Assembly: GCA_002633005.1 (NCBI GenBank)
Contig: NMRA01000095.1
Span: 239,901 to 303,900, forward strand
DNA from: Phoronis australis
Taxonomy: Eukaryota > Animalia > Phoronida
Reading direction: 5' to 3'
DNA length: 64,000 nucleotides
Shown: one piece after another, positions 14,001-26,900 of the stretch
Numbering within the stretch: the stretch's first letter is position 1
Layout: every line of letters starts with the position of its first letter
Program-made: the position numbers and the translations under genes
The notes under the pieces: model-generated
Seen by the model: only the letters and a program-made list of their open reading frames with translations
The model's database searches: none
What the model was told of the DNA's origin: nothing

Positions 14001-17000
14001 CTAATAGTGCAACCCCATAGCTGGGCAGTCATGTACAAGACGATTAACTTCATTGTAATTTGTTTATTCATTCATTTACCAACACAAACCATTAGTTCAA
14101 AACATGCACCTGGATCTCTAGATCCATCCTGCCTGTACTGTATACCTACATGTATCAATATGAAGAACACATAAGTAAAAAATCAACCTCAATTTGAATT
14201 GGATAGTCAAATAGTGATTATGTAATATTTAGTGTCAGTATCAAAAAATCCACTAAAGAAATAAGATTAAGAGTGGTTCTTCAGCCTTAAGGTTATTGAG
14301 AGTTGGTGAGATTATGCATATTACGTAATACATTAGGTACAGCAAACTGTAAATACCAGTTCATGGACAAAATGCAGACTGTGGCAATTTTAAAGTAACA
14401 CTGTTGCAATCACAACTCGGAAATGACTTTTTGCAAATGTTCAGACCAGCTACTGCATCGATCTAATGAACTGCACCCAAAATAACGTTAGGTTTTTTAA
14501 AGTATTTTACCTTTGCATTAGGCACAGCTGTTCAAAATGTGATTGATAAATTACTACAAACACAGAAGTAGCACAAATAAAAAGATAAGTTAAAATACAA
14601 CACCAGACTTTTGACATTTCTGGCTGAGCATTTAACATTTAAAATACCACAAGAAATGCTGTCCTGTCAATCACTGTTTTTTATGAACATTCTTTTAGCC
14701 AAATTTTGCTTAATTAAGAGGGGTGTTTTGACAATCTAATATTTTTCCTTCACTTAAGCCTACTCTAAATTATCCATTCATTTCAAAACATAATTTTGAC
14801 TACCACAACTTTCCAATTATATGCTGATGCTGACAAGTTACAGTTCTTGGAAAACAAAAAACTTGACCAGAGTGACATTAATTTTGGGTCCACAATGCCT
14901 TCAAAATTGCAACTAACACAACAACAACAAAGTTCTCAACAGGCTAATAATTACCTCATCATACTTTTGAGTGATGCATATATATCTAATTACAGGTCTA
15001 ACTTTTAATAATCGCCACGTGAAGATACTTGACAGATTTAAATTTCTGTGAACTTTCACATAATGTTGCACGCATATGCAAAAATCCAACAGACTTTTGT
15101 GAAGATCTGACACAAGAACTACGGTTTGCGATACAGAGTCCGCCAATAAAGGCTCATTCACACTACAGAAAAAAATCCTGGTCTCCAGAATTTCGGTCAC
15201 TTTAATCCATCGATTTTCGCATTAATTGCCGTAATTCTCACATTTGGATAGTGCGCTTTTTGGAAATCTAATAACAATGTTTATTTACACATACTTTAAA
15301 CTACCACCGGTGTAATGTAGTGGCTGATGATCCAATCTATAGTTATCGATGTGCATACATGTATATTTCACATTTTCTTAGCAGTAATCACGCACTCAAA
15401 ATATTTGCCACACTTGATCACTGTTTTGCTATGCAAATTTCGCGTCAGTAATCACCACCATGTCACAATTGGTACTTGGATTAACAGCCACTGAACAAGC
15501 ACCGGTGATAGGACCGTTGTGTTATCAAGTCAGATCCCGCATCTACAGGTTCCAAATTTTTCTCCGGAACCTGCGACCCACTTACGTTCCTTTTGGCGCC
15601 CCAATCTTCGCTATGCCATTTTTATAAACGGCACCAGAACCTGCCACAAAACAATGTTGTTCAGTGTCAAGTTAAAACACACCCTGTGAAAACTGATCAA
15701 GAATTCTTGTCCTAGTTTGTCATTCAGCATGTTAAACATACCTCTATAACTCCGTACTGAGATTCTATTTCGCTAGCCTATTTTATATTCAAAATGTTCG
15801 TGTCTCCCGCAAAAAAGTTAAGAATTTTGATACCACTAAAAATAGAGTGTAAATCTTACTCAAAGTTCCTTCGTTTCCACCCGTCCCCAGTCCCTTCCAT
15901 GGATTGTTTGATGCCTTCTGGTGTGTGACTTGTAAAATGAAACTTGGGTCCGTAGCTGAGATCTTAATCCATAAATTACGCAAATAAGAAAATAATTTAT
16001 AACGGGCGGACTGCTGGATTTTAGCTAGGTCCTAGCATAGGTCCTAGCATTACTGAACACATGCCTAGATTACTTATACGTGTACTGCAATCGTGTCGCC
16101 CCTGTTTGGTTTGCGAACAGTTTATCGTAAAGATGATGAGCACCAATGGAATAATCAGTCAAGGCATGTTACACAACAAATAAATCATATTTTCTATCAA
16201 AAAGTTTGGTAACAAGAGTGTGTTCAGAGTCAGTAACAATGCTGTTTATGGTTTTGGTGACATAGTGTGAAGTTCTGTCAGCAATAATGATCACAAATCT
16301 GCACAGTTGTTCAAATGGTCTAAAACTGGAAATTGAAATGTCGGCATCCGTCCGCATAAATTCTAAGATTTTGGACCGGCACTGGCCAATAAGCCGCCCT
16401 TCTCATATTTCTCGAACTTCGGAAGGTAAATATTGCCCATTTCTAAAATTTAGGAGAGTTTCAATGTAAATATTTTTTCAGTGTTTGATAATTTTACCTG
16501 TATTATGACACGTGCAATTTGACCCCGAAACAAGTAGGCAATTACATTGCCCTGAATGCCGCAGGCATACAGGGGAAATAGTACATCCTCATAAAAATTT
16601 ACTCACCTATAATACAGCTAATAAAACGAATGAAACATGTATATGATTGTGCTAATAAAGTTATAATTAACACAACCTTCACTCTAGATACAATTTAGTC
16701 CACATAACTTGAACATATCCATGAAAAATCCAAACACGGTTCGCTAGAGTTTGGCTCTCACCGTACCATTTTGAAGAAGTTAAGTAAAATCATGCCCGTT
16801 GATGAACAAAAAATCCAAGGGACAAAAATCCAACAAATTTCACCTGATATCTTCCCATGCTATTTTGCAAGTGTCATGCACCACGTCACGTGTTTCGTTT
16901 AGTCTCACGCTGGCCTTTGCCTTCCATCACATGACTTGATTGAAATATTTTTTGGTTATAGCATGCACGGTGAAAAAGTTGATGGTGACCAAAAAGTGAT

Positions 17001-20000
17001 GTTGAGTTCTTCCCCAAAGTCACCTTAATTGTCATAGCTATGCTTCATCGAAGACATGTATAAGCAGAAAGGATCACCCTTTGAGTGTGCAATGAATTTT
17101 TGACGTGGTGAAAACTCTTAATCAATGAGCCAATTTCGCCTACTGCCCAATTAAAATTCACGGAACGAAATTAATACAGAAAGCGATGGGAAGTATTGCA
17201 GCCCCTAACTGGCTAACCGAGGGGCTATGCGTTGCCTACGAACACCAGGCACAATTTGCCCAAGTATTGTCATTTTAAAAAAAGAATGTTTTTGTATAAG
17301 TCTAGTGTTACGATGGGTCAGAGATCGTTGAGGACATTTAAATACATTTTTAGTAATTTTGTCGTTAATAAGGTCGAACTCAGCCAACCAACCGACAAAC
17401 GACACCTTTACACGTCCCTCCACACTCTCCGTGCTGATCCAAGCCGGAGTACATTCCCCATTTTCATCCACGGCTTGGTAGTTAAACATTTTTGACATAG
17501 CAAAACAAAATTGCTCCAAGTCTTTGCATAACAATGACGGGTTATGCCATGTAAATGAGCCCTATGGTACAGTTCGCTACAGCGCACACTAAGGATGAAA
17601 CAGAGACGCGGAATGCATGGTTATACATGAATATTATCAAAATTGTATTCTGTAACCACATTATTTACACCAGTAAAATTTATTTTGTAATGAATCAGGT
17701 AACAAAGCATTCACAGCACAAGGCCACGCATTAATCTTCAAGGGAATACCCAGTAAAGTGATTAAGTTTGCTTTTCACACTGACATTTTGTTTAATTCTG
17801 GGTCAATTTTCCTTTAAAAGGATAAATCTTTAATTTTCATGAAGGATTTGATTATGGTGGTGTCCAAACTGCCATTGGTATGAAAACCAAGGTAAGCAAT
17901 CAATGGGAGGCAATACGATAATTAGATATGGATCTTTGCCGTAGGCTAAACAATATTGCGGTCAGGGACTTCCTAATTTATGTCCATAAGACTATTTGTT
18001 GGAAACACTGGGGACAGTGCCCACTTTTCTCAGGCCTAGCACATAAATGTGACTCAAGTAAACCTTCGAAAGCAGACTGGATGAAATAATTTTAAATTCT
18101 ACCTGTCTTTCACACACAGGTAATGGACTGATTCTGATCTCGTTTATGTTGGAGCCAACCCTGAGGAGATTGGATAATGCTTTTATCATCAGCCTGGCTA
18201 TAGCTGACTTTATGGTCGGCTTTGTTGTCATGCCAATGTATGCAGTGTGGGAGGTGACTGGAATCTGGCATTTCTTGGAAACTGGCTGCATCCTATGGCA
18301 GGTAACTACTCCATTACAACAGAACTGTGCCCTTTTGTAATGCACTGGAGGGAAAATTCTTAAATTTCCAACTTTAAAGAATTACAGATTGGTTTAAAGT
18401 TGAAGGTGTTCAAACTGAGGAACATTTTAAGAAATAGTCAAGCAGATCGCATTTCACTCATGTGAATAAAATTCAATTTTTTGATGTTTAGGAGAACGTG
18501 TGGTAACCCAATGGCTACACAACCAAAACTATGCACTATAATTTTCAAAAAGTTTGGCGTGCTGTCTCAGATTAAGATACTTTGACCATGAAACTGTACT
18601 GTTTGATTGCAATGAAACATGTTTTTATAATAATGTGAAATTGAACTGAATACTTGATGAAGTAATCCTTAAACCAGGAAGAGATAACCATCTGCTTAAA
18701 CTAATAAAATAAAAATGAGAATTTCACACATTTTTAAAAAGCTTCAGAGCATCAGTTACGAAATGTGACTGAATTGAAAAAAATCTTTCATTGTCAGTTA
18801 GCACTTTCAAAATATTGCATACTGTAGCTGTCACTGTTTCCAGATCGCTGACTGTGTGTCAAGTACCGCCTCGTTTTGGACATTGTTGGCCATGTCTATC
18901 GACCGCTATATCACCGTCAGGCAACCATTCGACAAGTTCACAGAAGGACGACGCAAACGAGTGGTGATCTTCATAACACTGGTAGGTCTCGTGCGGTAAT
19001 TGTATACAGCATTCATGGATGAGTATCTCAACTGACTGTCATGAACAGAACAAACAAGCATGACACATATAAATGAAAATAGTGTGAAAAAGGGTTTCGT
19101 AAGTTTAAACAACAGATTGAAAAGTAAATTAGTTATTGAAAAGATGCATCACTGGGTTGAATCAAAATATGGAAATTCACGGAGATTAAATAGTCAACGA
19201 AAGACATCAAAAACGTAATAGTCAATGGTCTCCTTCCAGGTCTGGCTGCTGCCCATATTATACTGGGTGCCAAGTCTGGTGGCCATACCCTTTTTGCACG
19301 GTCAAGATTTAGTGACAAACTGCGAATCCTCAACAAAAGAGTTCACGCTAGTGACATCCATCTTGATCTACTGCCTGCCAACAGTCCTTATGGTAATATT
19401 TTACACGCTGATTATCTATGAAGTAAGGAAGGTCAAGTTCTCACCTAACTCTGCTGTGAACGAGGACAACGCGCCATGTGGAAGCCCAGGTTTGGCCAAT
19501 AAAGTGGAAAAATGCACAGAATTTAAAAAACCTGTTGTGTTGACTGGCATCTCTGAACTGTCCCACTCCGACTGTTCAAGATCATTATCTTCAGAAACGA
19601 CGACATCAAATCTGTTTTCAAGCTCCGCCCCAAACAGCCCATCATCCAATGGCAAGCTGTCAAACTATGCAGAAGAAATGCAGAAAAAACGCATGCAACA
19701 AGAAATGAAACAGCGTCAGAAAATGCAGCGCCACACGGTGCGTATGCTAGGAACTATCATAGCTTGTTTCTTATTTTGTTGGTTGTTGTGGGACATTAAC
19801 TGGCCGCTGGCCTGGTTAATGCCAGAGTTGGCCATACCAGTAGCTCTGCATCACGTGTCCTGCTGGCTGGCATATGGGAACTCAGCCATCAACCCCTTTG
19901 TGTACTGTTTTAGCAACCCCATCTTTTGGAAGGCTATCAAGAAAGTTTTGTTGTGCAAAGGGACATGCTTCTGCAGAAACTAATTCATAAATAAAATGTT

Positions 20001-23000
20001 GCAAAAAGAAAGATTTCACACTGTATATTTGGGATGAGGGTTGACTTCAGATAAAAGATACTGCAGCAGAGACTACATCAAATATTCTCAATTACTCGCT
20101 ACATTTTTAATATGTGACAATTTTACCGATGCAGGAACAAAATGGCCTAGGTAATATCAGACATGATTGTAGTAGCCAGTACATGAAATCTGATTTAGAA
20201 AAGCCTTGCATGCATTAAAGGTGATAAATACCATCTTCTTCATGTCACAGTACAGCTAAGTGTTATTTGTTCAGATGCGTTGTTTAAAGCCACAGTGTGG
20301 ATTGGCCAGTACCAGTGCGGTGCTTGAATGCATGTTTCAATGTAATTTCCCAGTCATATGTTGTAACACATAAATCTCAAACTGGTTTTTGGCTCCAAGC
20401 TCTAGATTTTAAAATACATAGGTGGGCTCAAACCTTTATTTTTCTGTAATTAAAGTTATAGTGTCCAGGTTATAGGGGAACTACCATGCATCTTAGGTAC
20501 AAAATCTCATTTATGTAGCCAATGTTTAATGTGTTGTACATACTAGTAAGGCCTTTGGCCCATTATCATGTAGAAAGAATTGAAGCAATACATTATTACA
20601 ACTTATGTAATATCTAGATTACCTCTGCTGTTACCAGCTGCTTACATATAGTTACATGGCACTAGGTTTGCATTTCCTAACTTGGGATTAAAATTGTCTC
20701 AGCAAGCATTGTATCTGTTGTGTTGTGCCGAAATAGTTAATATGTACTAATTTCAAAAACACGTGACCAAAAACAAATGCCGTAACCCATGGGGGCTATA
20801 ACAGACTGAAAATATTTTAGATTCAAAGTGTGATTGCGTTCTCTTCAAGACCAACATATAGCCCCAAGCAGAAACAACAGATAAAATAATAGTGTAATGT
20901 TGCAGAAATGAAAGATGTTTTGTTAAAGAAAACAACAATGATTTTAAGACTAGACATGTTTCGGTGTCATTTATTCAACACCATCTTCAAATAAAGTGAA
21001 AATACAGTGGCCACCTAGCTAGGCCCAGCAAGAAGTCATGAAGCACAGATACAGTCAGTTACAGGGAATTAGTTTGCAAAACATAATACATTAGCATCCA
21101 TGTTGTTCAACTAGTGTAACTAACTCTCTTAAATTTCAGTAACTGTTGAAATTTATGAATCATAGAGGTTGAGGTAAAGCTTCTCAAAGACACCAAATTG
21201 CAATGAAAAATTGGGTATTAATGTTGTATGCATCTCCAATAAATGCCAGGTATCAAAATATGTGGGAAAATACATTATAGAGGCCTGTTTCTTCAAGCAT
21301 AGTTTGTACGAATGATTTATAAATGACATTTACCAGACAAGTCTAGTAGTGGGGATAATTCAATAAATGACATCATAGACATTCTTTGACATGCTCAGGG
21401 CCAATGCATCATTGAAAGTTTTGGTGTAAATGTTTGCGTCTTAAACAGGGCTTGGAATGACCAATGACCGAAAAAGCGGAAATTTTTACGGACCAAAACA
21501 TGCGCGCACTCAGCCTTGAAATAGTCGATGTGTCGACCTTTTGTCGACAAAAAAAAAACAAAAAAAGCGGTACCACCTCCAGAAGCGTGCATCTGCGTCA
21601 TTTTAGCTCGTCTGTCCACTCCCACCTCCACACACTTTTGGCTGCAAAGTCGTAATATTTGTCACCGTGGTTTACAATCACACGAGACGCATTTGAAGAA
21701 ATAAACCACGCTATCCCAGATGCCCCGGCAATGTTGACAATTTACGTTCCTCCGAAACATAAAGAGCCACTTCCCTTTTCCAGGTGAAAGTCGTCGGCAA
21801 CGCCGCGGTAAGAAAGAAATTTGCAGCGGAAAAAGCGGAAATATAATAAAATACGCGGACAGAATATTTGAAAAAAGCGGAAATCCGCGTTTCCGCGGAA
21901 AATTCCAAGCCTTGCATAAAGTTAATTGTTAATATCAATGGCGTTGCTCATAAGCTAATTATGCAAATCTTGCTAAATGCACACCTGCATAATGTGGACT
22001 TACACAGTCATTCAAAACTTGGACAAAACAATAATGTAAAGCTTTGCAATTTAATTGTATGGAAGGCATAGAAACAAAAACGCCATTTTTTTGATTTTCG
22101 TAAGAAAAAAAAAAACCAAGGAAACACGTCGCTCTAAACACCACTAGAGAGGGGGTTAAACACAAGCACGAGCAAAGCTACAGCATGTGAACAATGTAAG
22201 AAAAAGACGTGGATAAATGAATGGCAATAACGCATATTAGTGACTCACAGGTCTTCAAAACTGACCTATAGATTTGAGGCCCAATGGTCAATTGACCCAT
22301 ACACACATTGCTCAACTGGTTCCTTTAGAAATGTAAACAATACCTGGATATCTAAATTTTCCAAAATCTGGGCAGCACAGCTCGACAGGACAGATTGGCC
22401 ATCTTCGACGATACATTTTATGCTACAAAAAACAGATGAGGAAACAAGTCACTCTTTGATCACCGGCATCGGGAGCTCTCATCCGTAACATGGACAAAAG
22501 GCTAAACAAAAACTGTACAAAAGACAAGCACGTACACCTGTAGGAATGTGAGCAGCAAAATACACTTCGGAAAATCAACTGTGGACATTTCATTCAAATT
22601 TTCTATTACATCATCCAGAGCACATTTTGGCTACAGGTTTTTCACTTCATTTGCACTTTACAACAACTTTCATCAGCACTTATAACATCATGCAATCTTG
22701 CTAATACAAACTGGAGTAGGGTGTTAACATCCGTGGCAGCACATCCCACACTCACCTGTGTCGGCTGGCAAGCATAGACTTAGCAATTGCACCTACAAAC
22801 AAAATGTACAGGTGTCAGTCAAACAGTAAACCCTTTACTGAAAATGTGTGAACAATCCCAGGGCTTGAGTGTAATGAACGACAAATTGATGAATGAAGTG
22901 GTTAGAAAAAAGGTCTTTACAAATTTACAATAAGAACTGAAGTGGCTGGTGCAAGGAAAATAAAACAGCAACAGTGTGAAGTAATATCAAGTTACCGGGC

Positions 23001-23668
23001 TCACCAACTAGGAAAGGCAGCAAATGAGGGGGCATGCAGGCCCCAGAGTGCGGCGGAATTGTGTTTTTTTAGACCTCCGATAGAAATTGGGAACACCAGG
23101 TCCACATCGCCAGCCCCCGCAAGTTTCGGGCCACCCTGTGCATACGATCGCGCTTTGTCCAATTCTCCTAGGCGACATGTTGCCCCCCCTCATGGTATCC
23201 TAGATCTGCTACTGAAGAGAACATGATTATTTGAGTAAACTTGCCAAGTTTCATGGTGTATTCCACGTTCAAGCATATGCAATCTTGAGATAGGATAGCC
23301 AGCCAGCTAGGTGTATGAAGACTATCCTCAAAATACAGGATTTAGTATACAGCTTTGTACCAAGGCTATTAAGATTGCACAGTTTCACGCACAGCAGTAG
23401 TTTTGCCCCCCGTTCAGTAACGGTAAGACTTAGCTAAAAAGCAAGACTTCACAAGATTATGTGAGATACTGTCGCGTATTTTAAACGAGAGCATAGCGTT
23501 ACTGAACGATCGTCTGTTAGTCAGTGTTAGGCTGTTGTCCACGACAGCGTACTCCGTGGACAGCGGACGGCAACAGGTAGATTTTTCTACAAAAACGAAT
23601 CTTCAAAAATTACCAATTCTGCTATACACAGCTAGCCTTCTCGTGTTATTTACACAGGATGCGCTCAT
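2052..23668 (-). CDS. BBS12: Bardet-Biedl syndrome 12 protein (chaperonin-like), 10 coding exons, ~875 aa
   Basis: Exons (minus): 23668-23614, 22792-22756, 22422-22344, 11243-11118, 9864-8534, 7645-7507, 5473-5339, 4502-4233, 2720-2558, 2344-2052. All introns are GT-AG with compatible phases; total 2628 nt. Peptides resemble vertebrate BBS12 in order: VNNTRR, QSVLSSCAAQILENLDI, LNETVEAHHKMYGT, GVPAATIVESM, DVAWYF, SRHY, LSHGNDDLMALVIEA, LLNGDLTPSFKHLGY, LLQGGGIAELAC, VYDDYQSKIECWRSAMNLVCLRLLTDQQIFTG. Confidence 0.88.
2869..4187 (+). mobile_element. Non-autonomous Helentron/HINE (pearl-like) element with internal ~145-bp tandem array (8 monomers)
   Basis: Begins aacaag, followed by subterminal atgcgcccac. 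Core of ABC-type ~145-bp monomers, then a (ggac/ggat) microsatellite at ~4120-4137, a 3' hairpin atgcgtccacatat...atatgcgggtgcat and an A-tract. Same architecture as 5617-7315. Confidence 0.7.
5617..7315 (+). mobile_element. Second copy of the Helentron/HINE (pearl-like) family, 11 monomers
   Basis: aacaag...atgcgcccatgaatgcat start homologous to copy 1, same monomer classes, 3' atgcacccacacat...atgtgggagaataaaaa hairpin end. Confidence 0.7.
10563..11075. mobile_element. Degenerate MITE containing a 14-bp tandem repeat and (TG)n
   Basis: Imperfect TIRs gtgccgtttacac / gtctaaatgggac. Internal gtgtaaacg and ttgacacgg subrepeats; (TG)n at ~10977-11001. Confidence 0.45.
10586..10690. repeat. Perfect 14-bp tandem repeat (GACACGGATCAGCT) x ~7.5
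   Basis: Directly visible identical units. Confidence 0.95.
13718..19983 (+). CDS. Class A aminergic GPCR (histamine H1-like motifs), 4 coding exons, ~412 aa
   Basis: Exons 13718-13892, 18120-18301, 18844-18981, 19240-19983 (1239 nt, phases consistent). Motifs: TM1 GN, TM2 SLAIADFMVGFVVMP, TM3 ADCVSSTAS (Asp3.32) and DRY, TM5 YCLP, TM6 CWLLW, TM7 WLAYGNSAINPFVY. AATAAA lies just after the stop. Confidence 0.9.
16004..16066. mobile_element. Fragment of Harbinger-like MITE family (ctaggacct repeats)
   Basis: ttttagctaggtcctagcataggtcctagcattactgaac is the reverse complement of the left part of 42815-42965. Confidence 0.6.
21446..21914. mobile_element. hAT-like MITE
   Basis: TIRs cagggcttggaat / attccaagccttg, subterminal aagcgga repeats, flanks cttaaa / cataaa (imperfect 6-bp TSD). 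Confidence 0.7.
23404..23512. mobile_element. Internally deleted copy of the 42815-42965 MITE family
   Basis: gttcagtaacg...cgttactgaac termini. The interior matches the reverse complement of 42885-42960. Confidence 0.6.
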
Positions 23669-23978
23669 GACAAACAGTTGTGTAACACTTTCATGCGATC
23701 ATAGATAGTCTATGATGCGACCAAATGAACGTAGGGAACATTTGCGATTCTGAAGTAGAAACACGTGTGGCATGGCAATAAATGAACGACTGCTGTTCAT
23801 TGAAGTTTAAACACCAAATTATTCTTTTTTAAATTGAAATAATGCATTAAATCAGCTACGGAAACACACTAATATTATGGGAATTAACGACAAAGATATA
23901 TTTCGATCGCAAAATTATTACATGAAAAATGCGGGAAGTTTAAGTCAAGGTCAAGGCCACAAAAATAGCATGCGATAA
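23669..23978. promoter_or_regulatory. Putative bidirectional promoter BBS12/FANCE
   Basis: 310 bp between divergent ATGs (23668 minus, 23979 plus). Locally CpG-richer, with an E-box CACGTG at ~23762 and an E2F-like GCGGGAA at 23931-23937. Confidence 0.65.
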
Positions 23979-26900
23979 ATGGACGTCGAAACGTTATTGC
24001 TAAAATTCTCACCATGTTGGCGAAACCTTTTCGGAGCGATGAGTGTGCAAGGACGTGAATTAAGTTCAGCCATCTCTTGGCTGGATCACGAGCTTAGTTC
24101 GAAGTTTGGAGACTCACTTAACTTGAATGAACTTGCGCTTTCGCTCACTTGCGAGGAACCTTTGCTGGACAAGGAGGGAAAACTCATTTTGTGAGATACT
24201 TTAATTTTTACATACATGCATTAGCTGCCAAACTGACTGTCACATCGCGTTTGTTCAACATTCTACGAGGCTCAATACTTGCAGCAGGCCAGTCCCTGTT
24301 TTTTTAAATACTACTTACAAATGGCCTGGCGACACCTAGCGGTTGTCTGAAAATGTCAATGTTGGAGTACAGACAAGTACTAGTATTGTGATTCTCTTCC
24401 ATCATATGAGCACTGCATTTTGGAAACATTCATATGCCTAGTATGTACAGTTGAACACGGGCCACCGGAGTGAGGGCTTGATCTCTTTAGCATCCAAACA
24501 CTAACAGTAACTGTACAGCACCATGGAGCAATAATGCCACATGGCAAAGGATTTAGGGATGCCCCATATGTGACATCAGGAAATTCACAACAGTTTGCAT
24601 GCAACATGTGTTAAACTTTCAGCATAACAGACCATTTGTAATGTATTAGTCTATTCTGTACACATAGTATACCTAATTATCGGACGAACCCTAAATATCG
24701 GACATTACATGAAATCTTACTTGAAGCGTAATTTGAGAAATATATGACGCGAGTTTTTGTTCCGCTGTAATGCATTCAATGTCCGGCAAAGTCCCGTGTT
24801 TTTCTAGTGTTGCCTCATTTTGATTTTACCGAGAGAGGGTGTAATTTAGACCCCCAAGTCAGCCTAAATGGACGATTGCATAAATCGGTTGAAACCAAAA
24901 TCTTTTTCCACAATGAAACCATCTAATTGAACTAACAATATGTCACTGTTTCATTTTTTCATTTGTTGTTAAGCTCAAGACAAACCCCGGCCGCGCACGT
25001 GCATGTGTCATATCAAGAAGGCAAAGAGATACTAAAAACTTCAATGAGTTTGCACGCGCTGTCATCTGAGACTTCATGTTGTGGATAAATTTTGTTGCAA
25101 ATGGAGCTGTGTTTTAGCAGCATATGTCAAAACACTCGTGCTGAAATTTGGCTACAAGGTGCCTGCGGCCATTACTTGGTTAGTCAGTTTTCCGCGGTGT
25201 GGCGTATGGCGAAACATGGTATTCGATATTTAGGTTCTCCGAAGGTTTGCTAGTTGTGTTTTTTAAAGATCAGTCGGAACATAAATGTGGCTTTCGCTGG
25301 CAAGATACAGTAACACAACAATTCTATAAAGGTAACCTTTATTTCAGCAAGGAATTTGCAACAATCCGTAGTATTTTCAGTTAAATTTAATGCAAAATGT
25401 GCCAAAATGTCCGATAATTATGTCTCTTGACTGTATAAGTACACACTGACAATAAGTGTTACATCCAAACCACCTGAGCAGTGTTAATCAAGGAAAAAGT
25501 GGAGGTTTGGGAATGGACTATGGTAAAATAGGAAATCAATGCAACACTCTCTTTGTGAGGAGACAAAGTACTTTTAAAAAGTGTCAGTAACTGCAATAAG
25601 CTTTCATCTGATGCTTTCAGGGAATAAAATTTAAATTATTTCGTCATTATTCAGTTGCCTCTGTGACTTGAATGAATCAACCATTCTCCATCTTGGGCTG
25701 GCANATGAAGCTTAGCATTGTCAGTCATAAGGAATGAAACCGACGCATCTAAGTCATTGCACCTACCCTCAAGAACATCTAATCGAGACTCTAAGGAGCT
25801 ACGAGGAATGAACTTAAGAGCTGGCTTCTTGGTTACTTGGCGAACAGCAACTTCATCTCCTTCCATATTCCCTTCTCTACAAAAAGATACTGACTTCGGT
25901 GAATTGGAAGTAGCCATCAAGTCTTTGGTTGTTGAAAACCACCTAGCGGCATTCAAGGCAGCCATGAGTGTACTTGGTCGACTGTTTATAGCCAACTGCG
26001 CAACCTCTCTATCCTGTAGACCTAAACAGAACCGAAGAACCGCCTGAGCTTTATCAGAGTCCCTCGCCTCTGGAAAGGCCAACAAGAATAAACTTGTAAG
26101 ACGGTCAGCCCATTGTTCTAAGGACTCGTCAGAAGTCTGCTTGGCTGACTGGAACCTAAGTTGGTGCACTTCATTGCACTCGACATCTGCCCCAAAACGA
26201 TAGGTCATATGATCCACAATTTGGTCGAAACTTGAGTGTGGATGAGCTTTAACATGGTTGAAAAACCAACGAGAGGCATCACCTTCCAAGCACATGCCCA
26301 GCTCCGTTCTACATTTTTGACCTGACCAAAAATTGTCTCGGGCAACATTACTGAACTTCCATAGAAAGTCCTCCCATGTACCTAACTTGCCACTAAAGAT
26401 TAGGTTGCGTGGGAGACGTGACAGGTAATGAGTGCCAGAGCCAGAGGGCATAGGTGACATGCTAGTATGCGAATGAGACTTTGCATAAGCAACGCCACTA
26501 CCAGTCTTTGACGACGGAGTCAGTTTAGCTGCCAACTTGGAAAATGAATAGTCAGGGCTAGAGGTAAGTATTGATGAGGTTTTCTTACCATATTCGTCAC
26601 AAACCTTGACTACTTCCTCCAAATCTTCTGGCAGACCGCATGGGACTGTAAAGTCTATGGACTTCTGTACAGTCTTGGTTGGCTTCCAACTGGAATGTAT
26701 CTTACACACATTCTCCGGAGTAATAGCTAATATTGCTCTGAAGTCCATAACTGCAGCAGCAACATCAGTAGTCATACCCGGAAGGCCCAACAGTGTTGTA
26801 GCGTCACAAGAATTGATTAGAATCTTGGACGCCATGTTATGGTACCACAAAGGGTGTGGCACTAATTAAATGTAGGTCTGAAAAGACTAAACTTGGAAAC

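Noticed and set aside
25651-25703. C-terminal residues and stop of the 403-aa gag ORF
   Set aside because: They are read across the N join into unrelated host sequence, so this end is chimeric.
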